Positions 26,302-39,720 of a DNA stretch of 64,000 nt are shown piece by piece (within the stretch, counting starts at the first letter, position 1; each line of letters starts with the position of its first letter). Position numbers and translations under genes: made by a program. The stretch is from Octopus sinensis (lineage: Eukaryota), in contig NC_043009.1 of NCBI RefSeq assembly GCF_006345805.1, forward strand, positions 46,004,001 through 46,068,000. The letters are read 5' to 3'. Under the pieces are notes generated by a model that saw only the letters and a list, made by a program, of their open reading frames with translations, was not told where the DNA came from and did no database searches.

Positions 26302-27084
26302 CGTGGAAATGTATGCATGCTCAACTGAATCCAACATAGCAAGCAGAAAGTATAATCTAGAGATAAGTAGGTTGGTGTATAAGATAGATTAAAACGTATT
26401 TTTGTTGTGAAAATCTATGAATAGTTGAAATCAGAATTGTAAGTCACTAAAGTAACAGTTTATATGTAAAAGCTTTTAATTTCTTCAATTGCTTGATGCT
26501 TACAAAAAAATGACAGAAGAAACTGTAAACAAAATGAAATGCAAGGAAATTATTTTTATCTCTCTCTCTATTTGAGTATAGATCTAGCTAAATATATCCA
26601 ATGTATCTTAAATGAGGATATCTATATAACTATCTGATTCTATGACAGAATGTCTGTCTATCTATCTCACAATATGTATGTCTCTCAACTTATCAATCTA
26701 TACACACACACACACGCACACAAACAAACACAAACACACAAACACATGCACACAAAGACACATGCAAAAACACACACACACAAACATATGAATGCACCTG
26801 CGGTTGGCTTCATGTGGGAATGCATGAATAAATGCATGTGGGTGCAACTGTATGTTTCTTTGTATTTCCACATGTGTATTTCCACATGTACAGATAAATG
26901 TGAATATGTGTGTGTTGAGTGTGTGTGTGTGTGTGTGTGTGTAACATTTATGGAATAAAATAAATAGAAGTGAAAACATGAGTATATACATACACCCTCA
27001 CACACACGTGCATATGTGTGGTATATAAATATATATATATATACATATATGCATACATATATGCATAGAAATATATATATATAT

Positions 27085-27085
<1 letters not shown>

Positions 27086-27123
<38 letters not shown>

Positions 27124-27251
27124 GTTTAGCGTCCGCTTTCCATGCTGGCATGGGTTGTACGGTGCAACTGGGGTCTGGGAAGCCAGAAGGCTGCACCAGG
27201 CCCAGTCTGATCTGGCAATGTTTCTACGGCTGGATGCCCTTCCTAACGCCA
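27086..27251 (-). mobile_element. 3' part of a (GAT)n-tailed repeat (family C, GGAAGGGCATCC module)
   Basis: The minus strand reads TTAGGAAGGGCATCCAGCCGTAGAAAC...GGAAAGCGGACGCTAAACGATGATG. Homologues lie at about 30580-30760, 35585-35850, 35990-36190, 41860-42365, 50130-50445 and 59950-60250. Confidence 0.8.
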
Positions 27252-27293
27252 ATATACATATATATACATATATGCATACATATATGCATATAA

Positions 27294-27325
<32 letters not shown>

Positions 27326-27359
27326 GTATATATATATACATATATGCATACATATATGC

Positions 27360-27392
<33 letters not shown>

Positions 27393-27664
27393 CATATATG
27401 CATACATATATGCATATATATATAAACATATATATATATATATATATAAACATATATACATAAATATATACATATATACATAAATAATACATATATATAT
27501 TAATATATATAAATGCATATATATGTGTATATATGTGTATATATTTATATGTGTGTGTGTATGTATATATACATATTTGTATATATGTGTATGTGTGTTT
27601 ATATATATATGTTTATGTATATATATATGCGTATATATGTATATATGTATGTATTTATATATAT

Positions 27665-27699
<35 letters not shown>

Positions 27700-27704
27700 A
27701 AATG

Positions 27705-27960
27705 AAGGCACATGGCTTAGTGGTTAGAGTGTTGCACTCACGATTGTGAGATCGTGGGTTGGATTCCCAGTCCGGACGTTGCATTGTGTTCTTGAGTAAA
27801 GCACTTCATTTCACATTGTTCTGTGATCATTTTGACATCTGATATGTGGCACCCAGTTCCACCTGTACAGGTAATGTCGATTTATAAACAACTCAACTGT
27901 GTGGTTGTTCGGTGAGAAATTGTTGAACCCTCATATGTCATATAATGATGGGAGAGTCCA
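27705..27960 (+). mobile_element. tRNA-headed SINE (distinct family)
   Basis: A-box-like TGGCTTAGTGG and B-box-like GGTTGGATTCC, followed by a CORE-like TGTGTTCTTGAGTAAAGCACTT. Confidence 0.6.
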
Positions 27961-28095
27961 TTATATATTTATATATGTATATATGTTATTTAATATTATG
28001 TCATGTTATATGATATTCATAATTTTAAATGTAATATTGTAATATAAATAAGTGATTGGATTGTCAATAGTATATCTCTATCTTTAATTTATCTT

Positions 28096-28134
<39 letters not shown>

Positions 28135-28177
28135 ATATATATATATGTATTTGTGTGTGTGTGTATATATATGTATA

Positions 28178-28562
28178 CAGGAGTGGCTGTGTGGTAAGTA
28201 GCTTGCTAACCAACCACATGGTTCCAGGTTCAGTCCCACTGCGTGGCATCTTGGGCAAGTGTCTTCTACTATAGCTGACCAATGCCTTGCGAGTGGATTT
28301 GGTAGACGGAAACTGAAAGAAGCCTGTCGTATATATGTATATATATAGATGTATGTGTGTGTGTTTGTGTGTCTGTGTTTGCTTGACAACCGATGCTGGT
28401 GTGTTTACGTCCCCATCACTTAGCGTTTCGGCAAAAAGAGACCGATAGAATAAGTAGTGGGCTTACAAAAAGAATAAGTCCCAGGGTTGAGTTGCTCGAC
28501 TAAAGGCGGTGCTCCAGCATGGCCGCAGTCAAATGACTGAAACAAGTAAAAGAGTAAAAGAG

Positions 28563-28564
<2 letters not shown>
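28178..28564 (+). mobile_element. Family B SINE
   Basis: Full head-to-tail match with a (GAGTAAAA)2 tail. Confidence 0.88.
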
Positions 28565-28611
<47 letters not shown>

Positions 28612-28661
28612 ATAATATATATATATTTATGTATGTATATATTATGTATGTTATATATATT

Positions 28662-28699
<38 letters not shown>

Positions 28700-28731
28700 C
28701 GTGTGTGTGCACGCAGGTGTGTGGCGCGCGC

Positions 28732-28762
<31 letters not shown>

Positions 28763-29605
28763 AGTTTGATAAGTGCCATGTACAAACTTTTTGTCCTTGA
28801 GTTACTTTTGTAACTTTCTTCTGATTAATATACATTTACATACACACATTTATATGCATATGTAAAAGAGTGTATATATGTATGATGCATGTATGTATAT
28901 GCATAAATTTATTTATGAATTTATATACATATATACGTGTGTGAATATGTGTATATATATATATGTGTGTGTGTGTGAGTGTGTGTGAGTGTGTGTGTAT
29001 GTGTGTGTGTCTGTGCTTGCATGTATGCATTTATTGTTTTGTATAGGAGTTACCATTATGTGTTGTGTGACCTAAATTCATAGCCCTTGTGTCACAAAAA
29101 CATTTTCCATGTAAAAAACATTTAAAAAATAAAAATGAAAGCAAAACAAAACAAACAAAACAAACAAAACTTTCTATCAATTACTTATGGTGCAGAATGT
29201 TATCTATTATGCTATGCTTAATCGATAATGTCTTCAGAAATTTATACAAGTCAAAATGTACTTTAAAGATGAGTTATAATTAAAATACATAGATAACATT
29301 ATATATCTGATTTAATTTCCAAAGTATACACTGAGGTATGTTCTTTTCTTGCATGCATATTAAATGGATCTTTAAAATGATAGATATTGTTCCTTTTATT
29401 TAATCTAGTTAATTTTGTTATCTACTGCCCCTCTTCCATGTATAACATATGTATGTTATACATATGTATAATATATATATATATATTATATATATATATA
29501 TATATATATCCTTTCAACATTGAGGGTAAAATTCTTAATTAATTAATCAATTTCACCAAGTATTCAGTATGCAAAGGGACCATTTAGGCAAATTCAAATT
29601 ATTAC

Positions 29606-29867
29606 ATTATATAAAAGGGCTAGTAAAATAAATTACTTTGCCGCATACTGAAATCGTTAGAAATAGCAGCTAAAAAAACTATTTCTAACACTTAAGAAAA
29701 CCTCTCTCATATAGTGCTTGCTCAATTCAACCCAAGAATGGGTTGAATTGAGCAAGCACTATATGAGAGAGTTTTTCTTTAAGTGTTAGAAAATAGTTTT
29801 TAGCTGCTATTTCTAACGAGTTCAGTATGCGGCAAGTAATTTATTTTACTAAGCCCTTTTATATAAT
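29606..29867. repeat. Near-perfect palindrome, ~130-bp arms, 4-nt loop (AGAA 29735-38)
   Basis: 33 bp of perfect pairing around the loop, then pairing with mostly homopolymer-length differences out to ATTATATAAAAGGGC / GCCCTTTTATATAAT. Confidence 0.93.
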
Positions 29868-30186
29868 AATATATAACATATATATATAGATAATATTATA
29901 TATACATATATATATCTACATATATATATATATATCTTATATATATATATTCTATATATATAAATTATATATATATATTATATATACACTATCTAATTAT
30001 ATATATCTATATATATATAATACACTATATTATATATATATATAGATATCTATATATAATATATATTGATATATACTCTATCTATATATATCACATAGAG
30101 AACATATAATATATACAATAATATATATCCACTCTTACATATATATATATATATCTATATAGTCTAATACTTATATTATATATATA

Positions 30187-30222
<36 letters not shown>

Positions 30223-30339
30223 CAGACAACAGGCAGGTTATTCTTTGTAACTCATTGAAATAGAATGTACTTTTTGTTTAATTTACCTTTTAGTTTTTTC
30301 AAAAGTAATTTTATAAAAATATGTTTACACACAATTTCT

Positions 30340-30760
30340 AATTGTGGAGGGAATGTGTGGAAGGAGAAGACCCAGGAAGACTTGGGATGAAGTAATGAGA
30401 AATGATCTTCAGACGTTGGGCCTCACAGAGGTAATGACAAGGGACCAAGACTTCTGGTGGTTTGCTGAGCTTTGGAAGACATGCCAAGCTAGGTAAAATC
30501 ATGGTTGTCCGTGCATACAAGCATATCCCCTGCAACCCCTCTCCAAGCACAGCAATCCTGACCATGTGAGCTAATGGGTGCTGATACCATGTAAAAAGCA
30601 CCCATGATAGTGTCGCATAAAAACACCCATGCCGGTGCTGCATAGTGGCACACAGTACACCCTGTAAAATGGTTGGCATTAAGAAGGGTATCCAACCATA
30701 GAAACCATGCCAAAATAGACATGGAGCTGAGGCATCTCTTCAGTTGGCTGGCTCAGTTGG
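30340..30760 (+). mobile_element. RTE-clade LINE 3' end running into the family C module and (GAT)n tract
   Basis: VEGMCGRRRPRKTWDEV at 30346-30400, followed by the GGGTATCC..GTAGAAACC-type module. Confidence 0.7.
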
Positions 30761-31008
30761 TGGTGGTGGTGGTGGTGGTGGTGGTGGTGAGGATGATGGT
30801 GATGATGATGATGATGATGATGATATTGATGATGCTGATGATGTTGATGATGCTGATGATGTTGATGATGCTGATGATGTTGCTAATGATGATGATGTTG
30901 ATGATGCTGCTGATGATAATGATGGTGATGATGGTGATGATGATGGTGATGATAATGGTGATGATGGTGATGATGATGGTGATGATGATAATGATGATGA
31001 TGATGATT
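30760..31008. repeat. (GGT)n/(GAT)n compound microsatellite
   Basis: Direct reading. Confidence 0.95.
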
Positions 31009-32630
31009 ACACATATTTTCTTGACATGGCAGCATGCAATGGTATGGATTATTCCGTTCTGCAGAATAAGCTCTGTTGTCTGACCAAGATCGGTTGCTTT
31101 CTTAAAAGGAATATTTTCCATAACCTACCGAAGTGCGGAGGCTTCATGTCTTTTACCTTTTACTTGTTCCAGTCAGTAGACTGCAGCTCTGCTGAGGCAC
31201 CACCTTGAAGAATTTTTTAACTGGATGTATTGATCCCAGTACTTATTTGTTTAGGGGTTGGTGCTTATTATATCAGTCCAATTCACTGAATTGCTAAGTT
31301 GCAGGAACATAAACACACCAGCACCAATTGTTAGTGGTAGTGGTGGTGGACAAACATAGACACATAGACACAAAGACACACTCACACACATACACATACA
31401 CATATATATGATGGGCTTCTTTCAGTTTCCATCTACCAAATCCAGTCACAAGGCTTTGGTTTGTCTGAGGCCATAGTAGAAGACATGCAGTGAGACTGAA
31501 CCTTGAACCATGTGGTTAAGAAGCAAGCTTCTTACCATACCGCCATGCTTATGCCTATATTTCAAATTTGAAGATTTTGTCGTACATACATATTTATGTT
31601 ATATGTATGTGTTTATATGTAAGGGCATGTGTGTATGTATGTACATATATGTATGGATGTGTGTATATATATATATGAGTTTGTGTGTGTTTTTGAGAGG
31701 TTGTGTATATATGTGCATGTGTATATGTATGCTTGTACATATGGGTGTGCATAAATATATGTATGAATATATATATGTGTGCATGTATGTCATTTTGAAC
31801 TCTTTCAAGTCTTGCTATGAAGCAGCTGGCTTCAAAGAAACAAAGTGTCACCATTGGAATTTAGAAAGAAATAGCAGCAAAAATTTACATATTGAATTTT
31901 AGAATAGTCTTGCATAGTTCAGTGTGTGTGTGTGTGTGTGTGGGTGTGTGTGTGTGTGTGCATACTGTATGTGTAGTGTATGGTATATCATAAATAACTT
32001 GTTTTCTAAACATTTGGAACTTTGACTCACATTTTGAAAATGGTTTTTTTCATGCAGTGTATCTTTAGCAATGAATTGTGATGGAATTCTTCTACATTCA
32101 ACGTGAATTCCATGAACAGATTTGAACACAGTACTGCAAAATAACAGAAAACTGTCAATTATGAAGTGCCATTGCAGCTTCCCTCAACAATTAGGATAAC
32201 CACATCAGGGTACTCACATCTGGGTACCCAAAGCATATTACACACATCACTCTTTTACTCTTTTACTTGTTTCAGTCATTTGACCGTGGCCATGCTGAAG
32301 CACTGCCTATATTTGAGCAAATCGACCTTAGGACTTATTCTTTGTGAGCCTAGTACTTATTCTAGCAGATCTCTTTTGCCAAACTGCTAAGTTATGGGGA
32401 CGTAAACACACCATCATCGGTTGTCAAGCAATGTTTGGAGGACAAACACAGACATACAAACATATACACACACATACATACATATATACATGTGTATATT
32501 TAGGGCTAAAAACCACTATGTGGACAGCCATATGCTAGAAGTAGATCACATACGATCAAACTACAAAGAAAAAATGTTCTCCAGAGAAAATTCAATGAAC
32601 ACCAGAACATAGGTGGGCAAGACAGATAAA

Positions 32631-32769
32631 AATTATATAAAAATCAAGAATTAATCGTATACCGGTTTCGTCTATCACTGAATAAATTACTTACATAATC
32701 CTTACGTAAGTAATTTATTCAGTGATAGACAAAACCGGTATGCAATTAATTCTTGATTTTTATATAATT
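32631..32769. repeat. Hairpin / MITE-like inverted repeat, 64-bp arms, 11-nt loop
   Basis: 32631-32694 is the reverse complement of 32706-32769 with 3 differences. Confidence 0.9.
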
Positions 32770-33466
32770 GACTGGCTTCCATACCGGTAGCACGTAAAAA
32801 GCACCAACCGATCATGGCCGTTGCCAGCCTTCCCTGGCACCTGTGCTGGTGGCACATAAAAAGCACCCACTACACTCACGGAGTGGTTGGTGTTTGGAAA
32901 GGCATCCAGCTGTATATTTTATCTATATTATTCAGTATCCTCATCTGTGTTGGAAGTTACATGTTTTGTTTTCAAACAAACTCATCTCTGGTGATAAGTT
33001 AACCTTTAACTCAGCTGTATTACTATTATAGTATAACTGTTATAAACTATATGTAAATCAATTTTATTTTTCATATAGCAATACAGAGATTCAGTGGGCA
33101 TATGGAGGGTTGACTTGGCTTATAAAATCCTTCAAGTTGATGCCCCAGCATGACCACAGTCCAATGACTGAAACAAGTAAAAAGAAAATGCTAGCTGTCA
33201 ATATTTGAAAGTAGCTTGTTGATCTCAGCCCATATCTGGCCCCTGTTTTATGTTCAAACTGACCAGATGTCTCTTCTCACACCTACCCGACAAAGTCATC
33301 CTAATAATATACAATCACATCATTGACATTTCAAAGCTACAAGATAATGCATGATTAATTTAACACAATGTGAATAAATAAGCTTTACATTTGACAGAGT
33401 AACCTGAATGCTAAAGGGTTAAGACTTAAATTATATGAACCTGAGTTTACAGATGGTAAGATGTTT

Positions 33467-33613
33467 CGCCGAGGTTGACTTTGCCTTTCATCCTTTCAGG
33501 GTCGATTAAATAAGTACCAGTTATGCACTGGGGTTGATATAATCGACTAAATCCGTTTGTCTGTCATTCTTTGTCCTCTCTGTGTTTAGCCCCTTGTGGG
33601 TAGTAAAGAAATA
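33467..33613 (+). mobile_element. 5'-truncated family A SINE with 12-bp TSD
   Basis: TSD GGTAAGATGTTT at 33455-33466 and 33614-33625. Confidence 0.88.
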
Positions 33614-34269
33614 GGTAAGATGTTTGTGGAGAATATATCCTTGCTTCAGTGAATCGGGGAAATAAATAGAAGCTTTCTTATTGGATCAAGCATGGTTTTT
33701 ATTATTGGTTTCATGTTGATTCCAGCCAATTAGTATTTATTTACTTGCTTTAATAATTTCTGTCAATAGCCTCTATAATTGTGTATTATTTGATGCTCAG
33801 CATTTCATGAAAATCATTACATCAGTTAACTTACACAAAAATAACACAACCACATTCAGATTATTTACTCACCTCAATACCAAAATCTTTTATATGTTAT
33901 CTTTCTAATCATTTCACTAGTTAAATCTTATAACCAATACAGACTTTGAACTTAAGTAAAATGATAACAATATTGGTGCCAGGTCAACAGTTATCCATCA
34001 CATTATTTGAACTTTGAGTTATCACTCTCACATCTCTAATCAAATCGAACCAATTTAATACAAAATTACCATCATTGCTTCTCCTTACCAAAAATATCAA
34101 ATGCTGCTTGTATTCTTAACTTTCTTCCCAACACTTTCAACTTCCGTTATTATCAGTCATATTGACCTTGCATTCATTTTCCTATCCTCTTATTGCTTTT
34201 ATCAGACAGCCATTATCTCACTTGATTACATTCTATTGATCTGCAACTCAGCAATATTCCAATCATTTC

Positions 34270-34307
<38 letters not shown>

Positions 34308-34474
34308 TGTGTCTATTCTTTTAATGCACATCAAAAGGTAAAAATGAAGAATGTCTATTCTTTAATTTGCTGTCTCCAAAAATTCTTCAGCTTGTGTTGT
34401 TCCTCTTTTTCTTGGAATAATTTTAAAAAATCTTGTTCAAAGGCATTTTTTTTATTTTTTGCTTCTTAAATGTG

Positions 34475-34555
<81 letters not shown>

Positions 34556-34878
34556 GTGCGTGTGAGTGTGTGTGTATGCACACAACACATGCACATACAA
34601 CTATGCAGATTGGAGTATGCATATTATATATATTTATATATACATATATTTATATATACATTCATATCTATACACACACCCACACATGCACATACATATA
34701 TGTAACATACATGACATATATATATATGTACATATATATGTATATTTACATATAAAAATGGACATGTCTAGGTATGTAACTACATGCATGAGAATACATA
34801 CATACGAACAAAATTACACTGTTGCTGAGGTTGAAATTCTAATGAAGGAACCTTGGATCTTGGTTAGAAACCAGCTAT

Positions 34879-34942
<64 letters not shown>

Positions 34943-35056
34943 CAGATATATATATATATATACATATAATGATATATATATATCATCATCATCATCATCA
35001 TTGTTTAACGTCCATTTTCTATGCTAGCATGGGTTATATATATATATACATACTCT

Positions 35057-35432
35057 CTCTTTACTCTTTTACTCTTTTACTTGTTTCACTCATTTGATTG
35101 TACCCATGCTGGAGCACTGCCTTTAGTCAAACAAATCGACCCCAGAACTTATTCTTTGGAAGCCTAGTACTTATTCTATCGGTCTCTTTTGCCGAACTGC
35201 TAGGTTACGAGGATGTAAACACACCACTATCGGCTGTCATATACACACACATACTTATATATACATATATATACAATGAGCTTCGTTTAGTTTCCATTCA
35301 CCAAATCCACTCACAAGGCTTTGGTCAGCCTGAGGCTATAGTAGAAGACACCTGCCCAAGGTACCACACAGTGGGAATGAACCCGGAACCATGTGGTTGG
35401 TAAGCAAGCTGCTTACCACACAGCCACTCCTG
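35057..35432 (-). mobile_element. Family B SINE
   Basis: Match to family B with a (TACTCTTT)n tail on +. Further partial copies lie at about 31160-31550 (-), 32250-32470 (-), 49650-49840 (+), 52975-53070 (+) and 60870-61020 (-). Confidence 0.85.
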
Positions 35433-35517
35433 TGCCTATGTTTGTGAGTGCATATCTGTATGAGCATGCATGTGCTTGTGTGTGCACATGTATGTATGTA
35501 TATGTGTGTGTGTGTGA

Positions 35518-35564
<47 letters not shown>

Positions 35565-36189
35565 TATACATACATACATATATCCTCATCATCATCTAAT
35601 GTCCGCTTTCCATTCTGGCATGGGTTAAACAGTTTGACTGGAACTGGTAAGCCAGGGGGCTGCACCAAGTTCCAGTCTGATTTGGCATGGTTTCTATGGC
35701 AGGATACCCTTTCTAATGCCAATCACTCTGAGAGTGTTGTGGGTGCTTTTTATGTGCCGCTGGCATGAGGGCCAGTCAGGCGGTACTGGCATCGGCCACG
35801 CTTGGATGGTGCTTTTTACATGCCATCGGCGCAGGTGCCAGTCGGGCAGCACTGACATATATATGTATGTGTATATATATGTAGTAAAAGACATTTGTAA
35901 AAGTACTACACACAGGACTGAACCTAGAACTATGTGGTTTCAAAGCAAGCTTCTTAGCACATAGCCATAACTGCACCTATATATATATCATCATCATCAT
36001 TATCATCATTTTATGTCCATTTTGATGACCATTTTGACATGGGTTGGATGATGTGACCAGAGCTGATAACCCAGTGGACTGCACCAGACTCCAGTCTGAT
36101 TTGGCATTGTTTCTATGTCTGGATGCCGCTCCTATAGAGTGTGCTGGATGCTTTTATGTAGTACCTCCTATGTGCTTTTACATGGTATC

Positions 36190-36520
36190 TTCGTCCTTTG
36201 TCATCTCACCTGAAAGGTTTAGTTTCCTATGGTCGTTTTTCACTACTTCATCCCATGAGTCTCCCACTTTAACATGTTCCATCCACCTTGAAAGATTAGT
36301 GTTTCATTATCGAGCTGTCAGCATCCATCAACATCACATGATCAAACCAGCACATGACCACTGCAACGAATTCCTCTTATACCTAACTTCTCTCTCAGAA
36401 CATTGGCACTCTGTCAAACATGTACACTTACATTACACATCCAGTGAAGCATACTAGCTTCATTCCTTTCTAACCTTAACATGTCTTCTGCATTCATGGT
36501 CCATGTCTCATTACCACTTG
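36190..36520 (-). mobile_element. Decayed RTE LINE 3' fragment
   Basis: Reverse-complement similarity to 37190-37560 (GNETW..., RLRW.GHV...). Confidence 0.6.
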
Positions 36521-36645
36521 GTGAGGGAAACTTTTCATGGCTCTCTGAATTTCCTCTATACTATTCTTATTCTATTGCACTCTCTGTACATCCTTCCCAC
36601 TACTAATTTGGTCCCTTATGTAGCAGAAATTATTTACTACCTCAA

Positions 36646-37560
36646 ATGAGATAGGATGCCCCTGAGAGCTCTTCTATGCTGATGACCTTGCTCTAATTGC
36701 TGAGTCACTATCAGAACTAGAGGAGAAGTTTCAGGTGTGGAAGCAAGGATTAGAATCAACCTAGCTAAAACCAGAGTCCTAATAAGTAGGAAGACAAATC
36801 CCTTCAGGTAGATGGCCCTACTGATCTGTAGAAAAGGCATAGGTAGAAACTCTATAAGATGTACCCAGTGTAAGCTATGGACACATAAGAGGTGCAGCAA
36901 TATCGAAGGAAGGCTAATTGGGAGGATAGTTTTTGTATGTAGCAGATGCTCAGGAGCAATAAATAACATTGAAAATGTGCAGAGAACAACTTCCACCACA
37001 TTCCAGGGAGAAAAACTAGAAGTAGTTGATAGCTTCCATTACCTAGGTGACCAAGTCATTAGCAGGGGAGGGTGCACTGAAAGTGTAGCTGCTAGAATAA
37101 GAATAGCCTGGGCTGAGAGCTCTTACCTCTGCTGGTGACAGAAGGCCTTTCACTCAGACTAAAAAGTAAACTGTATGATACATGTGTATGAACAGCCATG
37201 CTGCATGGCAGTGAAACATAGGCTGTGACTGCTGAGGACATGCATAAGCTTGCAAGGAATGAAGCCAGTATGCTCTGCTGGATGTGTAATGTCAGTGTGC
37301 ATACTCGACAGTGTGTAAGTACCTTGAGAGAAAATTTGGACCTAAGAAGCATCAGATGTGGTGTGCAAGAGAGATGGCTGCACTGGTATGGTCATGTGGC
37401 AAGAATGGATGAGGGTAGCTGTGTGAAAACGTGCCACATCCTAGGGTTGAGGGAGCCTGTGGAAGAGGTAGACCCAGGAAGACCTGGAATGAGGCAACGA
37501 CTAGTGACCAAGACCTTTGGAAATATGCTGTGTTTGAGAAGACTCGGCAAGCCAAGTGAG
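36646..37560 (+). mobile_element. RTE-clade LINE ORF2 3' half (RT thumb to C-terminus), decayed
   Basis: LFYADDLALIAESLSELEEKFQVWKQGLES; CRKGIGRNSIRCTQCKLWTHKRCSN; LEVVDSFHYLGD; LHGSET; RWLHWYGHVARM. Confidence 0.88.
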
Positions 37561-37774
37561 ACCATAACCCATGGCCTATGCCAGGTGTGTAACCAGCCCA
37601 CTTATGCATACCTTTCCTTCATTGGACACTACAGGGGCAGGTAGTTAAATCAATAAATCCTATATATCTTGCTCCACAACAGCATTTGGTACACTGCACT
37701 GGATTTAAAACACAGCCAGACATTATTTACAGGTTACATTGTGCTGATTGGACATTTTTTACTGGTATATGAGA

Positions 37775-38060
37775 GTGGAGGTGCAATGGCCCAGTAGTTA
37801 GGGCAGCAGACCCACGGTCGGAGGATCGTGGTTTTGATTCCCAGACCGGGTGTTGTGTGTGTTTATTGAGCGAAAATGCCTAAAAAGCTCCACGAGGCTC
37901 CGGCAGGGGGTGTGGCGACCCCTGTTGTATTCCTTCACCACAACTTTCTCTCACTCTCTCTTCCTGTTTCTTGAGTAATGCTGCGATGGACTGGCATCCC
38001 ATCCAGCTGCGGGGAACTCATACACCACAGAAACTGGGAAACCAGGCCCATGAGCCTGGC
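37775..38060 (+). mobile_element. tRNA-headed SINE with a V-domain-like block
   Basis: Head GGAGGTGCAATGGCCCAGTAG; block CTGCGATGGACTGGCATCCCATCCAG. Same family as 58351-58651. Confidence 0.7.
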
Positions 38061-38089
38061 TAGGCTTGAAAAGGGCGACATTTATCATT

Positions 38090-39720
38090 TTATGTGAGAG
38101 GTATTGTGTGAACATATGGCCCTGTCTTGTGATTCTAACAAGGAGGCCAGATCTCTTGATGCTGCTTCTTAATTTGTTCTCTACCATTTCTCTCAAATAT
38201 GGTAGACTAACATAGACCTCAATGTTTACTCTTCTCCTGTTTCTTCCTTCTACTTGTCCGTTTCCTGTCATTCTTCTCCTTGTCAATTTTGCAACTCCTT
38301 TGGGTCTTTATGGTTCCAGCCTCTGTGGCACCAGTCTGGTCATTGTCATTGCTGTCACTATTGATATTGTTGGTGGTGCTGTTGTTACCATTGTTGCTGC
38401 TGTAGTTGATGTTGTCACTGTGGTTGCTGCAGTAGGTTATTGTTGCTGTAGCCACTGTGGTTGTTGTCACCAGCCTTGTCACCATTGTTGTTATTGCTGT
38501 GGTCACTGCAGTTGTTGCAGTTGTCTTCACCAGCTCATTGGCCTCATTGTTGTTGTAGCTGTTGCTTTAGAGGTTGTTTTCATCACCAGCTCATCAGCCG
38601 TTCATGGCATTGGCTGTTATGTGTCCATATGATGCCATGATTTGATAGAAGGCAAGTCTGTGATCTGTGATATTAACTTAGATATCAGCTGTCACTGTTG
38701 AGGATTTTCCTGTTCCATTTGGCCTTATGGACAGTCACCTTAGGATGCCCTCATGCTCATGTGCTATGTGTGTTGCACACTTTCTCTTTGAAACGTGGCC
38801 TGTATCCTCTTAGATGCAACATCTTAGCAAATTTTTTCACAGTGAGTTCTCCTTTTAGGCCACATTATACCTGCTAAAGTGACAGTTGAGTTTGTTAAAG
38901 GCTATGTTGTACTTCAATGCCTTTGGATATCTCTCTTAACCTGCTTCTCAAAGAATTAGATTGTTGCATGCCCCAAGGCAAAGCAGATATTGAAATCCAA
39001 GAAGCTTAGGGAGCCATTTGTGGCTAGATGTTCTGCATTGAACTGGATGTTGCAGTGGAAGCTGTTGAAGATATTTTGGACCTTAGTCACCTCATCTCTG
39101 GAATGGGTTAGGACAAAGGCATCATCAATGTATCTCCAGTATAATGCAATGTACCATCTTGCATGGAGGGGCTTGCATTTCTGGTCATCCACGATAAGGG
39201 TGTCCAGGATTTTACTGAATCTGACCCCATTGGGAGGCTGCTGCATTGCTGATAGGTGTTGTTTTTGTACTGGAAGTAGGTGTTGGTGATGCAGAATTCT
39301 AAGATGAATCTAAGGTCCATTGGTGGGACGTCTGCTGACAGCTTCTAGCCACTTTCTAAGCATTCCTCAATGGTTTGTACGGCGTCATCCAGTGGTGTGC
39401 TTGTATAAATGGACTGTACATCTAGGTTGAGAGTGTAGTTCCTGTGTGAGATGGTTTCCAGTGGAAGCTTATGGAGGAGTTCAACAAGTTGTCATCTGCT
39501 TTCTATGTGTGCTGGTATGTGTAGTAGCAGAGGTTTGAATATCCATGCATAGAGCCATTCCATCTTGTGGAGTGAAGATTTTGCGCTGGCAATGATCAGG
39601 CATACACTGAGCTGCCTCAGGTCACTGGTGTCCTTGAGTATTTTGATTAGGCAATAGAACCATGGCATGGTGGAGTGGTGTGCTATGCATACTGAATTGC
39701 ATCCTACTGGATATTTGTGA
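38090..39720 (-). mobile_element. Penelope-like element (PLE) reverse transcriptase remnant
   Basis: Minus-strand fragments FYCLIKILKD, LDVQSIYTSTP, LEFCITNTYFQY...SLPMGS, WRYIDDAF, HCNIQF...SFLD and VSLPYL appear in PLE RT order. The remnant is interrupted by a triplet-rich tract at about 38330-38600. Confidence 0.82.
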
